NCBI GenBank assembly: GCA_023230985.1
Contig: JALNWH010000001.1
Span: forward strand, 2,397-66,396
DNA length: 64,000 nt
Source of the DNA: Bacillota bacterium
GTDB lineage: Bacteria > Bacillota > Clostridia > Lutisporales > Lutisporaceae
Reading direction: 5' to 3'
Positions 38,367-48,532 of the stretch are shown in pieces. The notes below the pieces were generated by a model, which saw nothing but the letters and a program-made list of their open reading frames with translations, was not told where the DNA came from and did no database searches. Position numbers and translations under genes: made by a program. The stretch's first letter is position 1, and each line of letters starts with the position of its first letter.

Positions 38367-38395
38367 AATCTAACAAAATCAGTTACTTTTGTCAA
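38367..38395 (-). promoter_or_regulatory. Candidate sigma-A promoter of the glyQS T-box leader
   Basis: The minus strand reads TTGACA, a 17-nt spacer, then TAGATT preceded by TGT (extended -10 context). Confidence 0.5.
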
Positions 38396-38512
38396 CAAAA
38401 TATCAAGTCTTTTTTTACCAAACCCTATAAATTATTTTACTATTTTTACAACTCTTTTTGCTATCCTTTATAAAAACGTTGTATATTTCTTAAATCAAAG
38501 ACAATAGAAAAT

Positions 38513-39268
38513 TTACTTAACAGTACCTAAGTCTTTTACCGTATTAATAAAAACCATGGACTTGAACTTTTTCCCAATATGCATTTGAACGAATTCTGAT
38601 AAAATTCTATCTGCTTCCATGTAAATAGTATTATCCACTTTAATTGTATTTAATCTTGATAATGGTGAAAACAATAAACCGGAGTAAAATTCCAATGTTT
38701 TTGAATTCATTTTAATAGTTTCAATATTTAACGCACAATTATCGCATATAACTCCGCCAAGTTCTATATTAAACTTGGTAAATTTATCATCTTTACCGCA
38801 GTTTGCACATTTTTTTAAAAGAGGTCTATAGCCACTTAAACTCATTAATTTGATTTGATAAGCACAGGTGAGTATTCCTATAGGTATTTTTTGTTTTGAA
38901 AGATAAAATAAAGTTTTGGCCAAGAGAAGAAAAATATTTTTACAATCCATATTTTCATAAGTAACCGTATCGGCAAGTTCCGTAAAATATGCAGCATAAG
39001 ATAGACTTAATAAATCCTTTCTTAATTCATAAAACGACTCCCTCAGGTCACAACTATTAATATAATATAGGTTTGTCCCCATATATAAAACAAAATTACT
39101 GACAGAAAAAACTTCGCAACTTGAAATCATTCTGCTTTTTTGTCTTCTGCATCCCCTGGCATATACTTTTATCTTTCCGCTTTCCTTTGTCAACAAAGTT
39201 AAAATTCTATCGGCTTCACCTACATTAATATGATTTAAAACTAAACCTTGTACTTTTATTGTGGACAT
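38513..39268 (-). CDS. recO: DNA repair protein RecO
   Basis: It has an OB-fold N-terminus (VQGLVLNHINVGEADRILTLLT) and a C4 zinc motif CANCGK...CDNC. It lies downstream of era. Confidence 0.9.
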   Translation of the reverse strand: MSTIKVQGLVLNHINVGEADRILTLLTKESGKIKVYARGCRRQKSRMISSCEVFSVSNFVLYMGTNLYYINSCDLRESFYELRKDLLSLSYAAYFTELADTVTYENMDCKNIFLLLAKTLFYLSKQKIPIGILTCAYQIKLMSLSGYRPLLKKCANCGKDDKFTKFNIELGGVICDNCALNIETIKMNSKTLEFYSGLLFSPLSRLNTIKVDNTIYMEADRILSEFVQMHIGKKFKSMVFINTVKDLGTVK

Positions 39269-39277
39269 TTTGCACCT

Positions 39278-40174
39278 CTATCTATAACCTAAATCTTTGA
39301 GTGCGGAGGGGTTGTCTCTCCAATCCTTTCTTACTTTTACCCAAAGTTGGAGGTTTACCTTGATATCTAATAGATTATCTATATCTATTCTAGCCTTGCT
39401 GCCTATATCTTTTATCATATTGCCGTCTTTACCTATAATAATTCCTTTGTGAGACTTTTTATCACAATAAATATTCACTTCAATATCAATTAAATCTTTG
39501 TCTGTTCTTTCTTTCATACTTATTACTTCCACTGCCGTACCATGAGGTATCTCTTCTTTTGTAAATAGTAAAATCTTTTCTCGAATATATTCTGCAACAA
39601 TAAATCTTTCCGGCATATCTATTATCATATCATCTGGGAAATACATAGGTCCTTCCGGTAATAGTTCTTTTATCTTTTTTAAAAGAATATCCATATTATT
39701 ACCTTCCATTGCGGAGATAGGTATTATCGCATCAAATATATCCTGATACTCAGTTATTTTTGCCAATGCACCTTCTAAATCATGTTTGGATACCTTATCA
39801 ATTTTATTTAAAGCCAATATTTTTTTCATTTTTGCTTCTTTAACTATATTAAATATAAAAAGATCACCTGTCCCGATTTGCATGGAACAATCAATTAAAG
39901 CAACAACAATATCAACTCCTTTTAAGGACTGAACTGCTGTGTTTACCATATACTCACCAAGTTTATGTTTTGGTTTGTGAATTCCGGGAGTATCTATAAA
40001 AACCACCTGGAAATCATCTTTTGTATATATACACTTTATGGTATTTCTTGTAGTTTGGGGTTTGCTTGAAATTATATTAAGCCTCTCACCCATAAAGCTA
40101 TTGATAAGAGTAGACTTACCTACATTAGGCCTTCCTATTATTGATACAAAACCCGATTTAAATTTCTTTTCCAT
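39278..40174 (-). CDS. era: GTPase Era
   Basis: It has G1 GRPNVGKST, G3 DTPG, G4 NKID and a C-terminal KH domain. Confidence 0.95.
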   Translation of the reverse strand: MEKKFKSGFVSIIGRPNVGKSTLINSFMGERLNIISSKPQTTRNTIKCIYTKDDFQVVFIDTPGIHKPKHKLGEYMVNTAVQSLKGVDIVVALIDCSMQIGTGDLFIFNIVKEAKMKKILALNKIDKVSKHDLEGALAKITEYQDIFDAIIPISAMEGNNMDILLKKIKELLPEGPMYFPDDMIIDMPERFIVAEYIREKILLFTKEEIPHGTAVEVISMKERTDKDLIDIEVNIYCDKKSHKGIIIGKDGNMIKDIGSKARIDIDNLLDIKVNLQLWVKVRKDWRDNPSALKDLGYR

Positions 40175-40247
40175 TATTATACCTTCTTAATTGCTATTTT
40201 TTAATAATCCAAAAAATCAATAGTAACATGTTTTTAATTTCAGTCTA

Positions 40248-40640
40248 TTAAGTTCCTGACTTAAACTCTGTAAAAGCAAAAGGCAATAATTCTTTTAAAG
40301 TATGCTCTCTTAATTCCTTATCATTGGAAATAAAAATTTTTAAATCCAAGCCGAATTCAGACATGAATTGCCTGCAAATACCACAAGGATATGCAAAATT
40401 ATCACTACTGTTAACTATTGCTATAGCTTCAAATTCACTTTCTCCTTCGGATATAGCCTTAGTAAATGCGACTCTTTCTGCACAAATAGTCGCACTGTAT
40501 GATGAGTTTTCTACATTGCACCCGGTAAATATTCTTCCTGACTTAGTAAGCAATGCAGCACCTACCTTAAAGTTTGAATACTTCACATAAGCATTATTCA
40601 TAACAGTAGTCGCAGCATGCAATAGTTCTTTTTTATTCAA
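40248..40640 (-). CDS. cdd: Cytidine deaminase
   Basis: The zinc ligand motifs CAERVA and PCGICRQ are present. GGAGAG lies 7 nt upstream of the TTG at 40640, which avoids overlap with the upstream gene. The track start at 40661 is also a TTG. Confidence 0.9.
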   Translation of the reverse strand: MNKKELLHAATTVMNNAYVKYSNFKVGAALLTKSGRIFTGCNVENSSYSATICAERVAFTKAISEGESEFEAIAIVNSSDNFAYPCGICRQFMSEFGLDLKIFISNDKELREHTLKELLPFAFTEFKSGT

Positions 40641-40644
40641 CCTA

Positions 40645-41676
40645 TCACTCTCCAAAATCAATCTTTGTATTTACCGATACTACCTGTATCCAAGTAATGC
40701 CTTTGTTTAATTCTATCTCATTGCCTTTTAAATCCCTATATACCGTCTTGCCGCCTCTTGAGTCTTTTTGCCATTCTATTTCAATCAATCTTCCCCCTGT
40801 AAGAAAATATCCTCTATTCTTGCCTATATTACTTAATTGTAACCTTCCTACGTTATCTATTACTTTTATTCCAACTTTCTCTATTATGATATTAATCGCT
40901 TTTATATCGTTTTTCGTTTCTTTATCCTGCATAGGAGTATCATTAATAAATCGGTAATATACTTTTTCTTCTTCATTATATAAATAAGATACCTTATAAT
41001 ATCCACTATAATTTATTAAAACCTTTTTCTGATAAGCTCCATCAGGCATTGAAAAATCATCACTGAATTTAAAATACTCAGGTGCGCTTTTATTTTCCAA
41101 TTTCTTTGTTTCAGAAACTTCACGCATATATTTAGTATTAGTATATAGATTATGCGGCATCTTCCTATCCGTAGAACGCCAGAATACCGGTGTGCCCTTT
41201 AAATCATTAAATGCATCCACATTTAATGTGCTTAAATCCTTTAAAGCCTGCGGACTACCGCCGCAATGCACGTAAATAGCGCCAAATTCCAAAGCCTTGT
41301 CTATGAAATAAGGTCTGGCACTTCGAACAGGGCCTATTTTTTCAGAAGGTAAATGATGGTATATTCCCATATACCTTGTTATATTCCCTTCCACAGGAAT
41401 TTCATAAATAATTTCCGCACTATCAAGACCTGACTGGGGCCTTGCATTTATTTCGTTATCTATCATTACCGCTATTGGCCTTTGTTTAACATTTGCTTCC
41501 TCTGTGTCCTTTAAACCGGTTAAAGTACATACAAATCCGGGTGGTTCTTCAATTTCCTCTATTTCTTCTATAGGCTCTTCCTCATCTTCTTCATCCTCCG
41601 GTGGTTTCGGCCCTGAACATCCACTAATTAGTATAACAAATGCTATAACTATTATAAATAATCTTTTTGCCTTCAT
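40645..41676 (-). CDS. DUF3048-family (YerB-like) lipoprotein
   Basis: The lipobox is VILISGC, followed by an acidic linker (EDEEDEEEPIEEIEEIEE). Then comes ...RPIAVMIDNEINARPQSGLDSAEIIYEIPVEGNITRYMGIY, which is typical of the family. Confidence 0.75.
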   Translation of the reverse strand: MKAKRLFIIVIAFVILISGCSGPKPPEDEEDEEEPIEEIEEIEEPPGFVCTLTGLKDTEEANVKQRPIAVMIDNEINARPQSGLDSAEIIYEIPVEGNITRYMGIYHHLPSEKIGPVRSARPYFIDKALEFGAIYVHCGGSPQALKDLSTLNVDAFNDLKGTPVFWRSTDRKMPHNLYTNTKYMREVSETKKLENKSAPEYFKFSDDFSMPDGAYQKKVLINYSGYYKVSYLYNEEEKVYYRFINDTPMQDKETKNDIKAINIIIEKVGIKVIDNVGRLQLSNIGKNRGYFLTGGRLIEIEWQKDSRGGKTVYRDLKGNEIELNKGITWIQVVSVNTKIDFGE

Positions 41677-41746
41677 AAAAACCCTTCTTCCTTTATTAGT
41701 GTTTTCTATATGTTAAACTTTTTATTTAAAGCAGAATAACAAAGAA

Positions 41747-42226
41747 TTATAAATTATATTTTAATTGCATAAGTATTTTCTTTTGCTTATCTATCATCTT
41801 TTCTTCATCATCTATATTTAAATGATCATATCCCAATAGATGCAGCATGCCATGTATTAATAAAAACACCAATTCCCTTTCAAAGCTATGCCCGTATTCT
41901 AAAGCTTGTTCTTTTGTTTTTTCCAGGGAAATTACTATATCTCCCAGAGGAGGGTCTATTGCCTCTTCGCCTACCATAACATAATCTTCAGACTCCTCAG
42001 AAAAGTTTATCATAGGAAATGACAGTACATCGGTATCTTTATCTATATTTCTATAATCCCTATTTAGCTCCTTTATCTCTTTATTATTTACAAGAGATAT
42101 GCTAATCTCATAGTTGACCGTACATTTTTCAAAGTCTAAAACAGTTTTAACGGTTTTTTTTATAAGTTCTATTATATCTTCACTAATCTCAATACTTTCT
42201 TGTCTGTTATCTATTAAAACTGTCAA
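41747..42226 (-). CDS. ybeY: rRNA maturation RNase YbeY
   Basis: The metal-binding motif HGMLHLLGYDH is present. It overlaps the upstream gene by 4 nt. Confidence 0.95.
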   Translation of the reverse strand: MTVLIDNRQESIEISEDIIELIKKTVKTVLDFEKCTVNYEISISLVNNKEIKELNRDYRNIDKDTDVLSFPMINFSEESEDYVMVGEEAIDPPLGDIVISLEKTKEQALEYGHSFERELVFLLIHGMLHLLGYDHLNIDDEEKMIDKQKKILMQLKYNL

Positions 42227-44322
42227 CTACCTACCTCCTTCCCTTTAGTAATGTTTATACCGTTTGACATATCCTTTATATTCTCCGGGTATTCGATTCT
42301 ATCATGAAAAATCCCTGTCAGCACTTTCAAAAATGAACTTATTATATTCTCAATATCTTTTAAAGATAAATCGCATTGACTTAATTGACCATCATTAATC
42401 TTTTCCTGAATAATTTTTCTGACTCCTCTTTCCAGTTCTTCTTTAGTCGGCTCTGTCATAGAGCGAACATAAGCCTCTACAGAATCTGCTAACATAACAA
42501 TAGCCGCCTCTTTACTTTGAGGTTTTGGAAAAGAATATCTGAATTTATCTTCGGATACTAGATTTTCTCCTTGACTTGACACTGCTTTATGATAAAAATA
42601 CGCTACCAAAGTATCCCCGTGATGCTGTGCAATTATATCTATAATCTTTGATGGAAGTTTATATTTCTTTCCTATATCCAATCCATCCTGTACGTGAGAA
42701 GTTATGATAAGCGCACTTAGATTTGGAGATATCTTGTCATGGGGATTTTCTTTTGTGAGCTGATTTTCTTTAAAGAAATAAGGTCTTTTTAATTTCCCTA
42801 TATCATGATAATAGGAACCCACTCTGCACAAAAGCGCATTTGCTCCTATATCCTCTGCGGCTGTTTCAGACAAATTACCTACAAGTATTGAATGATAGTA
42901 TGTCCCCGGCGCTTCTAAAAGCAAACGTTTTAAAAGAGAGTGGTTGGGGTTGGATAATTCAAGGAGCTTTATGGGGGTGATAATATCAAATATTGTTTCA
43001 AAAAAAGGTAAAAATCCTATTGTTAGTACTGAGGTAAAAATCCCTCCGATTACACCATAACTGACATCATAAATAAGGATTTTAGAATCTAAATTATTAA
43101 TCAAACCAAAACTAAAAATAGATAACATATTTATTAAAGAAATTGCCAAACCTGCATATATTACTACACTTCTGTGGTGAGTTTTCGATACCAGAATAGA
43201 CCCGGCAATTCCTGCAAAAACCAAAGCAATCAAAATAGCGGTGTTGAACTCTGTAATAAAACCTGCCAAAACACTCATAAATACGTTAACTATTATTGCA
43301 GCTTTGGGGTCAATAAGAATTGAAATAATCAACGCACAAGCAGGAATCGGTATCATATATACGGAAATCATCCGTGTACCGACAGCAACCGCTAGAATTA
43401 TTATAATATTTATGCTCAAAAGTAACATCATTGAATTGCTCATCCATGTTTTAGGGCAAAAAGTACGTAAATAAAGATACAATACAATCATAGGAAATAA
43501 AATCATAACTGCATAAGATATATAAATTTTCCAATCTCTGCTTTCATGATCTTTTATCAGACCATAAGATTTAAGAAGCTCTATTTGTTGAGGGCTTATC
43601 TCTTGTCCTTTGCTCACTATTCGTGTGCCTTTTTTTATAAGGACTTCTTCAATATTTTCTCTTGCTTCAATCCTTTTTTGATTTGTTTCTTCTTCATCAT
43701 AAAATATATTAGGCTTAATTATCGAAGTAGCAATCTTTGCACCCACTTGATTGAGTTTATTTTTATTAGGTAACTTTTCGAAAAAGTCAGTTATGTCTTC
43801 CCTCTTATCTGCTAATTGCTCTTCATTAATCCTCTGGTTTAAAACTTGATTAATAAGATATTTGATATTCTCCCGAAGTTGAAGTAAATCCTTACGATTG
43901 CTTATTAATAATTCTTCATAAGAATCACTATCCAATATGATATTGGAATGATAATTTAAATCCTTTAATTTTTGTTCCAGAAGCATATCCTCATCTTTTT
44001 GTAGTTCATCTACTTGATTAAAAAAAGTATCTATTTCTCCCTCTAATTCTATTTGTATAGTCAAATCAAGCTTATAAATAGGCTGTACTGAATTTTCCGC
44101 CTCATCCATTTTAATATCCGTAGCTACTCTATCTACCATATTGGATGGAGCATCAATATCCAAGTCTGCTATATCACCTATATTAAAGCTATATACTTGG
44201 GGAGCGGAAGCCAGTATTACAATAGTAAATACAATTACATAAGTTATAATCATAATTGCCCATTTACTAAAATTTTTATTTGAAAAGACTCTGCTTGGTT
44301 TTACCTTATATGGCTTTTCCAT
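42223..44322 (-). CDS. pgpH: 7TM receptor with intracellular HD hydrolase domain (YqfF/PgpH-like, putative c-di-AMP phosphodiesterase)
   Basis: It has an N-terminal extracytoplasmic domain, then a 7-TM block, then an HD domain ...YYHSILVGNLSETAA...HDIGK...HHG.... It occupies the syntenic position between phoH and ybeY. Confidence 0.8.
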   Translation of the reverse strand: MEKPYKVKPSRVFSNKNFSKWAIMIITYVIVFTIVILASAPQVYSFNIGDIADLDIDAPSNMVDRVATDIKMDEAENSVQPIYKLDLTIQIELEGEIDTFFNQVDELQKDEDMLLEQKLKDLNYHSNIILDSDSYEELLISNRKDLLQLRENIKYLINQVLNQRINEEQLADKREDITDFFEKLPNKNKLNQVGAKIATSIIKPNIFYDEEETNQKRIEARENIEEVLIKKGTRIVSKGQEISPQQIELLKSYGLIKDHESRDWKIYISYAVMILFPMIVLYLYLRTFCPKTWMSNSMMLLLSINIIIILAVAVGTRMISVYMIPIPACALIISILIDPKAAIIVNVFMSVLAGFITEFNTAILIALVFAGIAGSILVSKTHHRSVVIYAGLAISLINMLSIFSFGLINNLDSKILIYDVSYGVIGGIFTSVLTIGFLPFFETIFDIITPIKLLELSNPNHSLLKRLLLEAPGTYYHSILVGNLSETAAEDIGANALLCRVGSYYHDIGKLKRPYFFKENQLTKENPHDKISPNLSALIITSHVQDGLDIGKKYKLPSKIIDIIAQHHGDTLVAYFYHKAVSSQGENLVSEDKFRYSFPKPQSKEAAIVMLADSVEAYVRSMTEPTKEELERGVRKIIQEKINDGQLSQCDLSLKDIENIISSFLKVLTGIFHDRIEYPENIKDMSNGINITKGKEVGS

Positions 44323-44338
44323 CGTTCATCCTCCGTAT

Positions 44339-45331
44339 CTATTCTTCCGGACTAGCCTCGTCGTTTGACCTTTTCTCTTCATATTTGTCATATGCTTTTA
44401 TAATATACTGAACTAATTTATGCCTAACAACATCTCTCTCATCTAAATAAACAAAATCTATGCCCGGTATGCCCTTCAGTATCATTTCTACTTCTTTTAA
44501 ACCGGAGAACTTGCCTTTTGGCAAATCAATCTGAGTAACATCTCCGGTAATTATTACTTTTGAACCAAAACCCAATCTGGTCAAAAACATTTTCATCTGC
44601 TCTGAAGTAGTATTTTGAGCTTCATCAAGTATAATAAATGAGTCATCAAGAGTTCTCCCTCTCATATATGCAAGAGGAGCGACTTCAATATAACCTCTCT
44701 CTACATTTTTTTGAAAGTTTTCAACACCCATAATATCATATAATGCGTCATATAAAGGCCTTAGATAAGGATCAACCTTGTCCTGCAAATCCCCGGGTAA
44801 AAACCCTAATTTCTCACCTGCTTCAACTGCAGGCCTAGTAAGTATTATTCTATTTATCTCCCTATTCTTAAATGCTTTAATAGCCATGACCATAGCTAAA
44901 TATGTTTTTCCGGTACCGGCGGGACCTATTGTGAAAATCACCTCATTATTATTAATAGAATTTATATATCTTTTTTGACCCAGTGTTTTACATCTTATAA
45001 TTTTTCCCCTAGCTGTTGTATATATAGTATCATTCAATTCTCCGGTTCTTTGCTCTTCTCCATCACGTACAAGGCTTATGGAGTAATCAACCATATGACT
45101 TGTAATATTTTGGTTCTCTTCAAGTTTATTTATTAACATCTTAATAACTTTAGTTGCCATAGCTGCATTTTTTTCTTCCCCTATTATTCTAAGTTCGCCT
45201 TCTCTTACAATAATATCTACTTCAAATTCTTTTTGAATATAAATAAGGTGTTCGTCATAATCACCAAAAAGATTCTTTGTATTATCAAAACTTGTAAGCT
45301 CTACTCTTTCTTCTATTGTATTGTTGGTCAA
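44339..45331 (-). CDS. phoH: PhoH-family ATPase
   Basis: It has Walker A GPAGTGKTYLA and Walker B FIILDEAQN, followed by ...ITGDVTQIDLP. Confidence 0.9.
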   Translation of the reverse strand: MTNNTIEERVELTSFDNTKNLFGDYDEHLIYIQKEFEVDIIVREGELRIIGEEKNAAMATKVIKMLINKLEENQNITSHMVDYSISLVRDGEEQRTGELNDTIYTTARGKIIRCKTLGQKRYINSINNNEVIFTIGPAGTGKTYLAMVMAIKAFKNREINRIILTRPAVEAGEKLGFLPGDLQDKVDPYLRPLYDALYDIMGVENFQKNVERGYIEVAPLAYMRGRTLDDSFIILDEAQNTTSEQMKMFLTRLGFGSKVIITGDVTQIDLPKGKFSGLKEVEMILKGIPGIDFVYLDERDVVRHKLVQYIIKAYDKYEEKRSNDEASPEE

Positions 45332-45349
45332 ATTACCTTCCTCCTGTTT

Positions 45350-46549
45350 TTAAAATAATATATCTATTAGCTTCTTTTCAGCAATATCCTCTATTGTTTC
45401 AACATACATTTTTCCTATAACTGATTCATTATTTAGAAAATAATCTACCTTTTTGTTTGTAATAACAGCATCTTCAGGATATTGCAGCTTTATTTTTATA
45501 TTTAGCCTTTCAAGGCATCTATCTTTTGCCTCCTGTAATGTTAAGCCCTTTTCAATAGGTATAAGTTCAGAGTATACTGTTGTTATATATTTTATAGGAA
45601 ATACATAATCCCCAAATCTAAAAATATACTTTTCATTAATGCTTTTATTAAAGTCTTTAAAGTGTATAGTTTTAGTTTTACGGAGTCTTTTTCCTAATAG
45701 TTCAATACCATAAGTTCTTTTGACACGACCGCTATTTTTGAATTCTATTTGCTTAAAATGAATTTCCTCTACATCTTCATACCATGCTTTTGCTAAAACT
45801 TTAGCCATGGAATGAGTATATCTGGTATCAATATTTTCCCGCTCTATTATTCCGGAAACTAAAATTTGTCCTTTCTCTACGGTATCTCCGTCATTTACAA
45901 CTCCATCACCGTTTAATACAAGAATTTTTTCTATAACGGCATTTTTTATTGCTATTATATCACATGGTTCATCTATATTTATATAGTCCGGCTCCTCAAT
46001 TTTTTCAGAAATAGCCACATATGCCTTTGTTCCTTTTATTTCTATCCCTATCCAAGCTAATTCAGGCATGGCAATAAGCATTTCATTTTCTATATGCCGT
46101 TTATTTATCTTTTTCTTTAATATTCCCACTTTAAGGCCATTATAGTCAAGCCTCTCCAGTATTATATTATCAGCCACGATTGTATTTCCATCAATTTCAA
46201 CCATCCATATAAATAAGCTTAAAATATATAAAAAAAGAAGTAATGCCCCCAAACCGAATACCAACAATCTCCTTTTTTTAATTGTTTTGATTCTAAAGGG
46301 CATTCCACATTTTTTTTGTATACGAACTTTGGTGCCGGTTTTTTTAACTATTCTGCGAAGTCTAAAAAAATCTTTGGCATTTATTCTAACTCTTATTGTC
46401 ATATAATCTAACTTTTCTATATCCCAAAGGTATATACCATTTGTAACTGCCAGATTAATAAAACGTTCTGTATTAATACCTTTCACAGTAATAATAGCAT
46501 AACCGTAAAAATAATTCCATAGACGCGTAATAAACATGTACCACCTCAT
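45350..46549 (-). CDS. yqfD: Sporulation protein YqfD
   Basis: The size (399 aa), a single central TM helix (LLVFGLGALLLFLYILSLFIWMV) and the position after yqfC all fit. The start is uncertain: an in-frame ATG at 46537 follows GAGGTGG. Confidence 0.8.
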   Translation of the reverse strand: MRWYMFITRLWNYFYGYAIITVKGINTERFINLAVTNGIYLWDIEKLDYMTIRVRINAKDFFRLRRIVKKTGTKVRIQKKCGMPFRIKTIKKRRLLVFGLGALLLFLYILSLFIWMVEIDGNTIVADNIILERLDYNGLKVGILKKKINKRHIENEMLIAMPELAWIGIEIKGTKAYVAISEKIEEPDYINIDEPCDIIAIKNAVIEKILVLNGDGVVNDGDTVEKGQILVSGIIERENIDTRYTHSMAKVLAKAWYEDVEEIHFKQIEFKNSGRVKRTYGIELLGKRLRKTKTIHFKDFNKSINEKYIFRFGDYVFPIKYITTVYSELIPIEKGLTLQEAKDRCLERLNIKIKLQYPEDAVITNKKVDYFLNNESVIGKMYVETIEDIAEKKLIDILF

Positions 46550-46557
46550 AATTACTA

Positions 46558-46637
46558 GTTGCTGTTTACACCTTAATTTTATTCTTAGTATAAATTTTAT
46601 ATTTGTTATAGATTAATAGCCGAATATAAATAAATAC
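46558..46637. repeat. Short, internally deleted copy of the MITE-like repeat family, between yqfC and yqfD
   Basis: GTTGCTGTTTACACCTTAA (46558-46576) matches the left end of the family. ...TTTTATATTTGTTA... and AATATAAATAAATAC (46623-46637) align with internal segments of 49140-49259. Confidence 0.45.
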
Positions 46638-46644
46638 TTTTACT

Positions 46645-46917
46645 TTAGAATTCTATACTGCTTAATTGTCCTTTAATAATTATTTCTTCTTCCAGTATTG
46701 ATTTTATTATAAGATCTTTCCCGATTATTGTAATGACACCTATACCTGTATTAATGCTTATTTTATTGTCGCAATAAGTTACTATCCCTTTATGGTTTTC
46801 TATAGTAAAGCTGTCTGTCCCTATTACTATTATCTTTGAAATATCAAGAATTATATCTTTTGGAAGCTCAAGTACTTCCGCTAGTTTCTCTACAACTTTA
46901 TAAGCTTTCCCTCCCAT
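46645..46917 (-). CDS. yqfC: Sporulation protein YqfC
   Basis: The protein MGGKAYKVVEKLAEVLELPKDIILD...IENHKGIV... matches the YqfC pattern. GGGGTG lies 6 nt upstream of the ATG at 46917; the track start at 46926 is a GTG. Confidence 0.85.
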   Translation of the reverse strand: MGGKAYKVVEKLAEVLELPKDIILDISKIIVIGTDSFTIENHKGIVTYCDNKISINTGIGVITIIGKDLIIKSILEEEIIIKGQLSSIEF

Positions 46918-46971
46918 AGCATACACCCCAATAATAATCTATGTATTACCATTGTCTTTAGAACAAAAAAA

Positions 46972-46999
46972 TTAAAAACCCCTATTTAAGGGTTTTTAA
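46972..46999 (-). terminator. Rho-independent terminator after the yqfB-position gene
   Basis: A 10-bp stem TTAAAAACCC/GGGTTTTTAA closes an 8-nt loop. A T-tract (TTTTTTTGTT) follows on the minus strand. Confidence 0.7.
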
Positions 47000-47059
47000 T
47001 TAAAACCTAATCATATTACAAAATTTACTAAAAGTTATAATATAAATAATTCTATTCTT

Positions 47060-47482
47060 TTACCTTCTGAGGGCTTTCGGTTTCCCAAGAACCTCTGCCA
47101 TAACAATAGCCCTTTGAACATCAGTTAGACTGATTGTTGGAATTCTTTCAGGTTCTAACTGTAATTCCGCTTCTTTTCCTTCTTTATCCTCGGCATAAGA
47201 AATCCTATCCGGAGATCTAACCATTCTTGTGCGTATGCTATCCTTGCTTTCCCCAATAGTTCTTTTAGGTTTGTCTGCAGCAGGTTGTCTTGCAGTATCT
47301 GCAAATGGTTTATTTTCTAAAAGATCTCGAAATTCCTTAAATAAATCTTTTCGCCTTGAAGCAGCGGATTTGGGCATGACTTTACCGCTTTGTCCTTGTT
47401 TTTGCTTTTGTCCTGATTTTTTTACAGCACCTGCTATATTTGCTATTATCGAAATAACTATAAATATTAAAATTAAATCCAA
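47060..47482 (-). CDS. Hypothetical membrane-anchored protein in the yqfB position
   Basis: It has an N-terminal TM helix (LILIFIVISIIANIAGAV) followed by a charged, probably disordered region. It lies directly downstream of floA, as yqfB does in B. subtilis. Confidence 0.6.
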   Translation of the reverse strand: MDLILIFIVISIIANIAGAVKKSGQKQKQGQSGKVMPKSAASRRKDLFKEFRDLLENKPFADTARQPAADKPKRTIGESKDSIRTRMVRSPDRISYAEDKEGKEAELQLEPERIPTISLTDVQRAIVMAEVLGKPKALRR

Positions 47483-47539
47483 TGCTTCATCTCCTCTCTA
47501 TCTAAACATGAAAACAACTTACCTATTAAAAGTTTATCT

Positions 47540-48532
47540 TTATTTATTGTTTTTATCCGTGACATCAATCTTCCCGGACTTGGAAATGGTATCTCTCATC
47601 TGTGTATCAGCTTGTATGTTCTGCATACCGAAATAATCCATAACACCTAAATTTCCTGTACGCAAGGCATCCGCCATAGCCTTTGGCACTTCCGCTTCCG
47701 CTTCCACAACTTTAGCTCTCATTTCTTGAACAGATGCCTTCATTTCTTGTTCTTTAGCTACAGCCATTGCACGCCTTTCTTCAGCCTTTGCCTGCGCTAT
47801 ACGTTTATCTGCTTCCGCCTGATCCGTCTGCAATTGAGCACCGATATTTCTTCCTACATCTACATCGGCTATATCAATTGATAATATTTCAAAAGCAGTA
47901 CCGGAATCCAATCCTTTATTAAGAACAGTTCTGGAGATAGAATCCGGATTTTCCAAAACTTCTTTGTGAGTCTCCGAACTACCTACTGTTGTTACGATAC
48001 CTTCACCAACCCTTGCAATGATAGTTTCTTCTCCGGCTCCACCTACCAAACGTGCGATATTCGCTCTTACGGTAACTCTGGCTTTTGCTTTAACCTCTAT
48101 ACCGTCTTTTGCTACCGCTGCAATAACAGGTGTCTCTATTACCTTGGGGTTTACACTCATTTGAACCGCTTCCAACACATCTCTCCCGGCCAAATCTATA
48201 GCTGCAGCTCTTTCAAAGCTCAAATCGATTTCCGCTCTTTGAGCGGCAATAAGAGAATTTATAACCCTATCCACATTACCGCCTGCTAAATAATGTGCTT
48301 CTAACTGATTAACAGTAAGCCCCAATCCGGCTTTTCGAGCTTTTATCAATGGGCTTACGATTCTGCTGGGTACTACCCTTCTCAACCTCATTCCAACCAG
48401 ATTAAATATTCCAACATTAACCCCGGCAGCTAATGCTGAAATCCACAATCCAATGGGTACAAAACTCAGAAATATAGTTAAACCCAAAATAATAACAAAA
48501 ATGGTTAATATAGGCGCAATCAAATCAAACAT
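47540..48532 (-). CDS. floA: Flotillin-like protein FloA (YqfA, UPF0365)
   Basis: The sequence ...[19 protein letters not shown]...[13 protein letters not shown]...[17 protein letters not shown]... is typical of FloA. It overlaps nfeD by 8 nt. Confidence 0.9.
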   Translation of the reverse strand: MFDLIAPILTIFVIILGLTIFLSFVPIGLWISALAAGVNVGIFNLVGMRLRRVVPSRIVSPLIKARKAGLGLTVNQLEAHYLAGGNVDRVINSLIAAQRAEIDLSFERAAAIDLAGRDVLEAVQMSVNPKVIETPVIAAVAKDGIEVKAKARVTVRANIARLVGGAGEETIIARVGEGIVTTVGSSETHKEVLENPDSISRTVLNKGLDSGTAFEILSIDIADVDVGRNIGAQLQTDQAEADKRIAQAKAEERRAMAVAKEQEMKASVQEMRAKVVEAEAEVPKAMADALRTGNLGVMDYFGMQNIQADTQMRDTISKSGKIDVTDKNNK

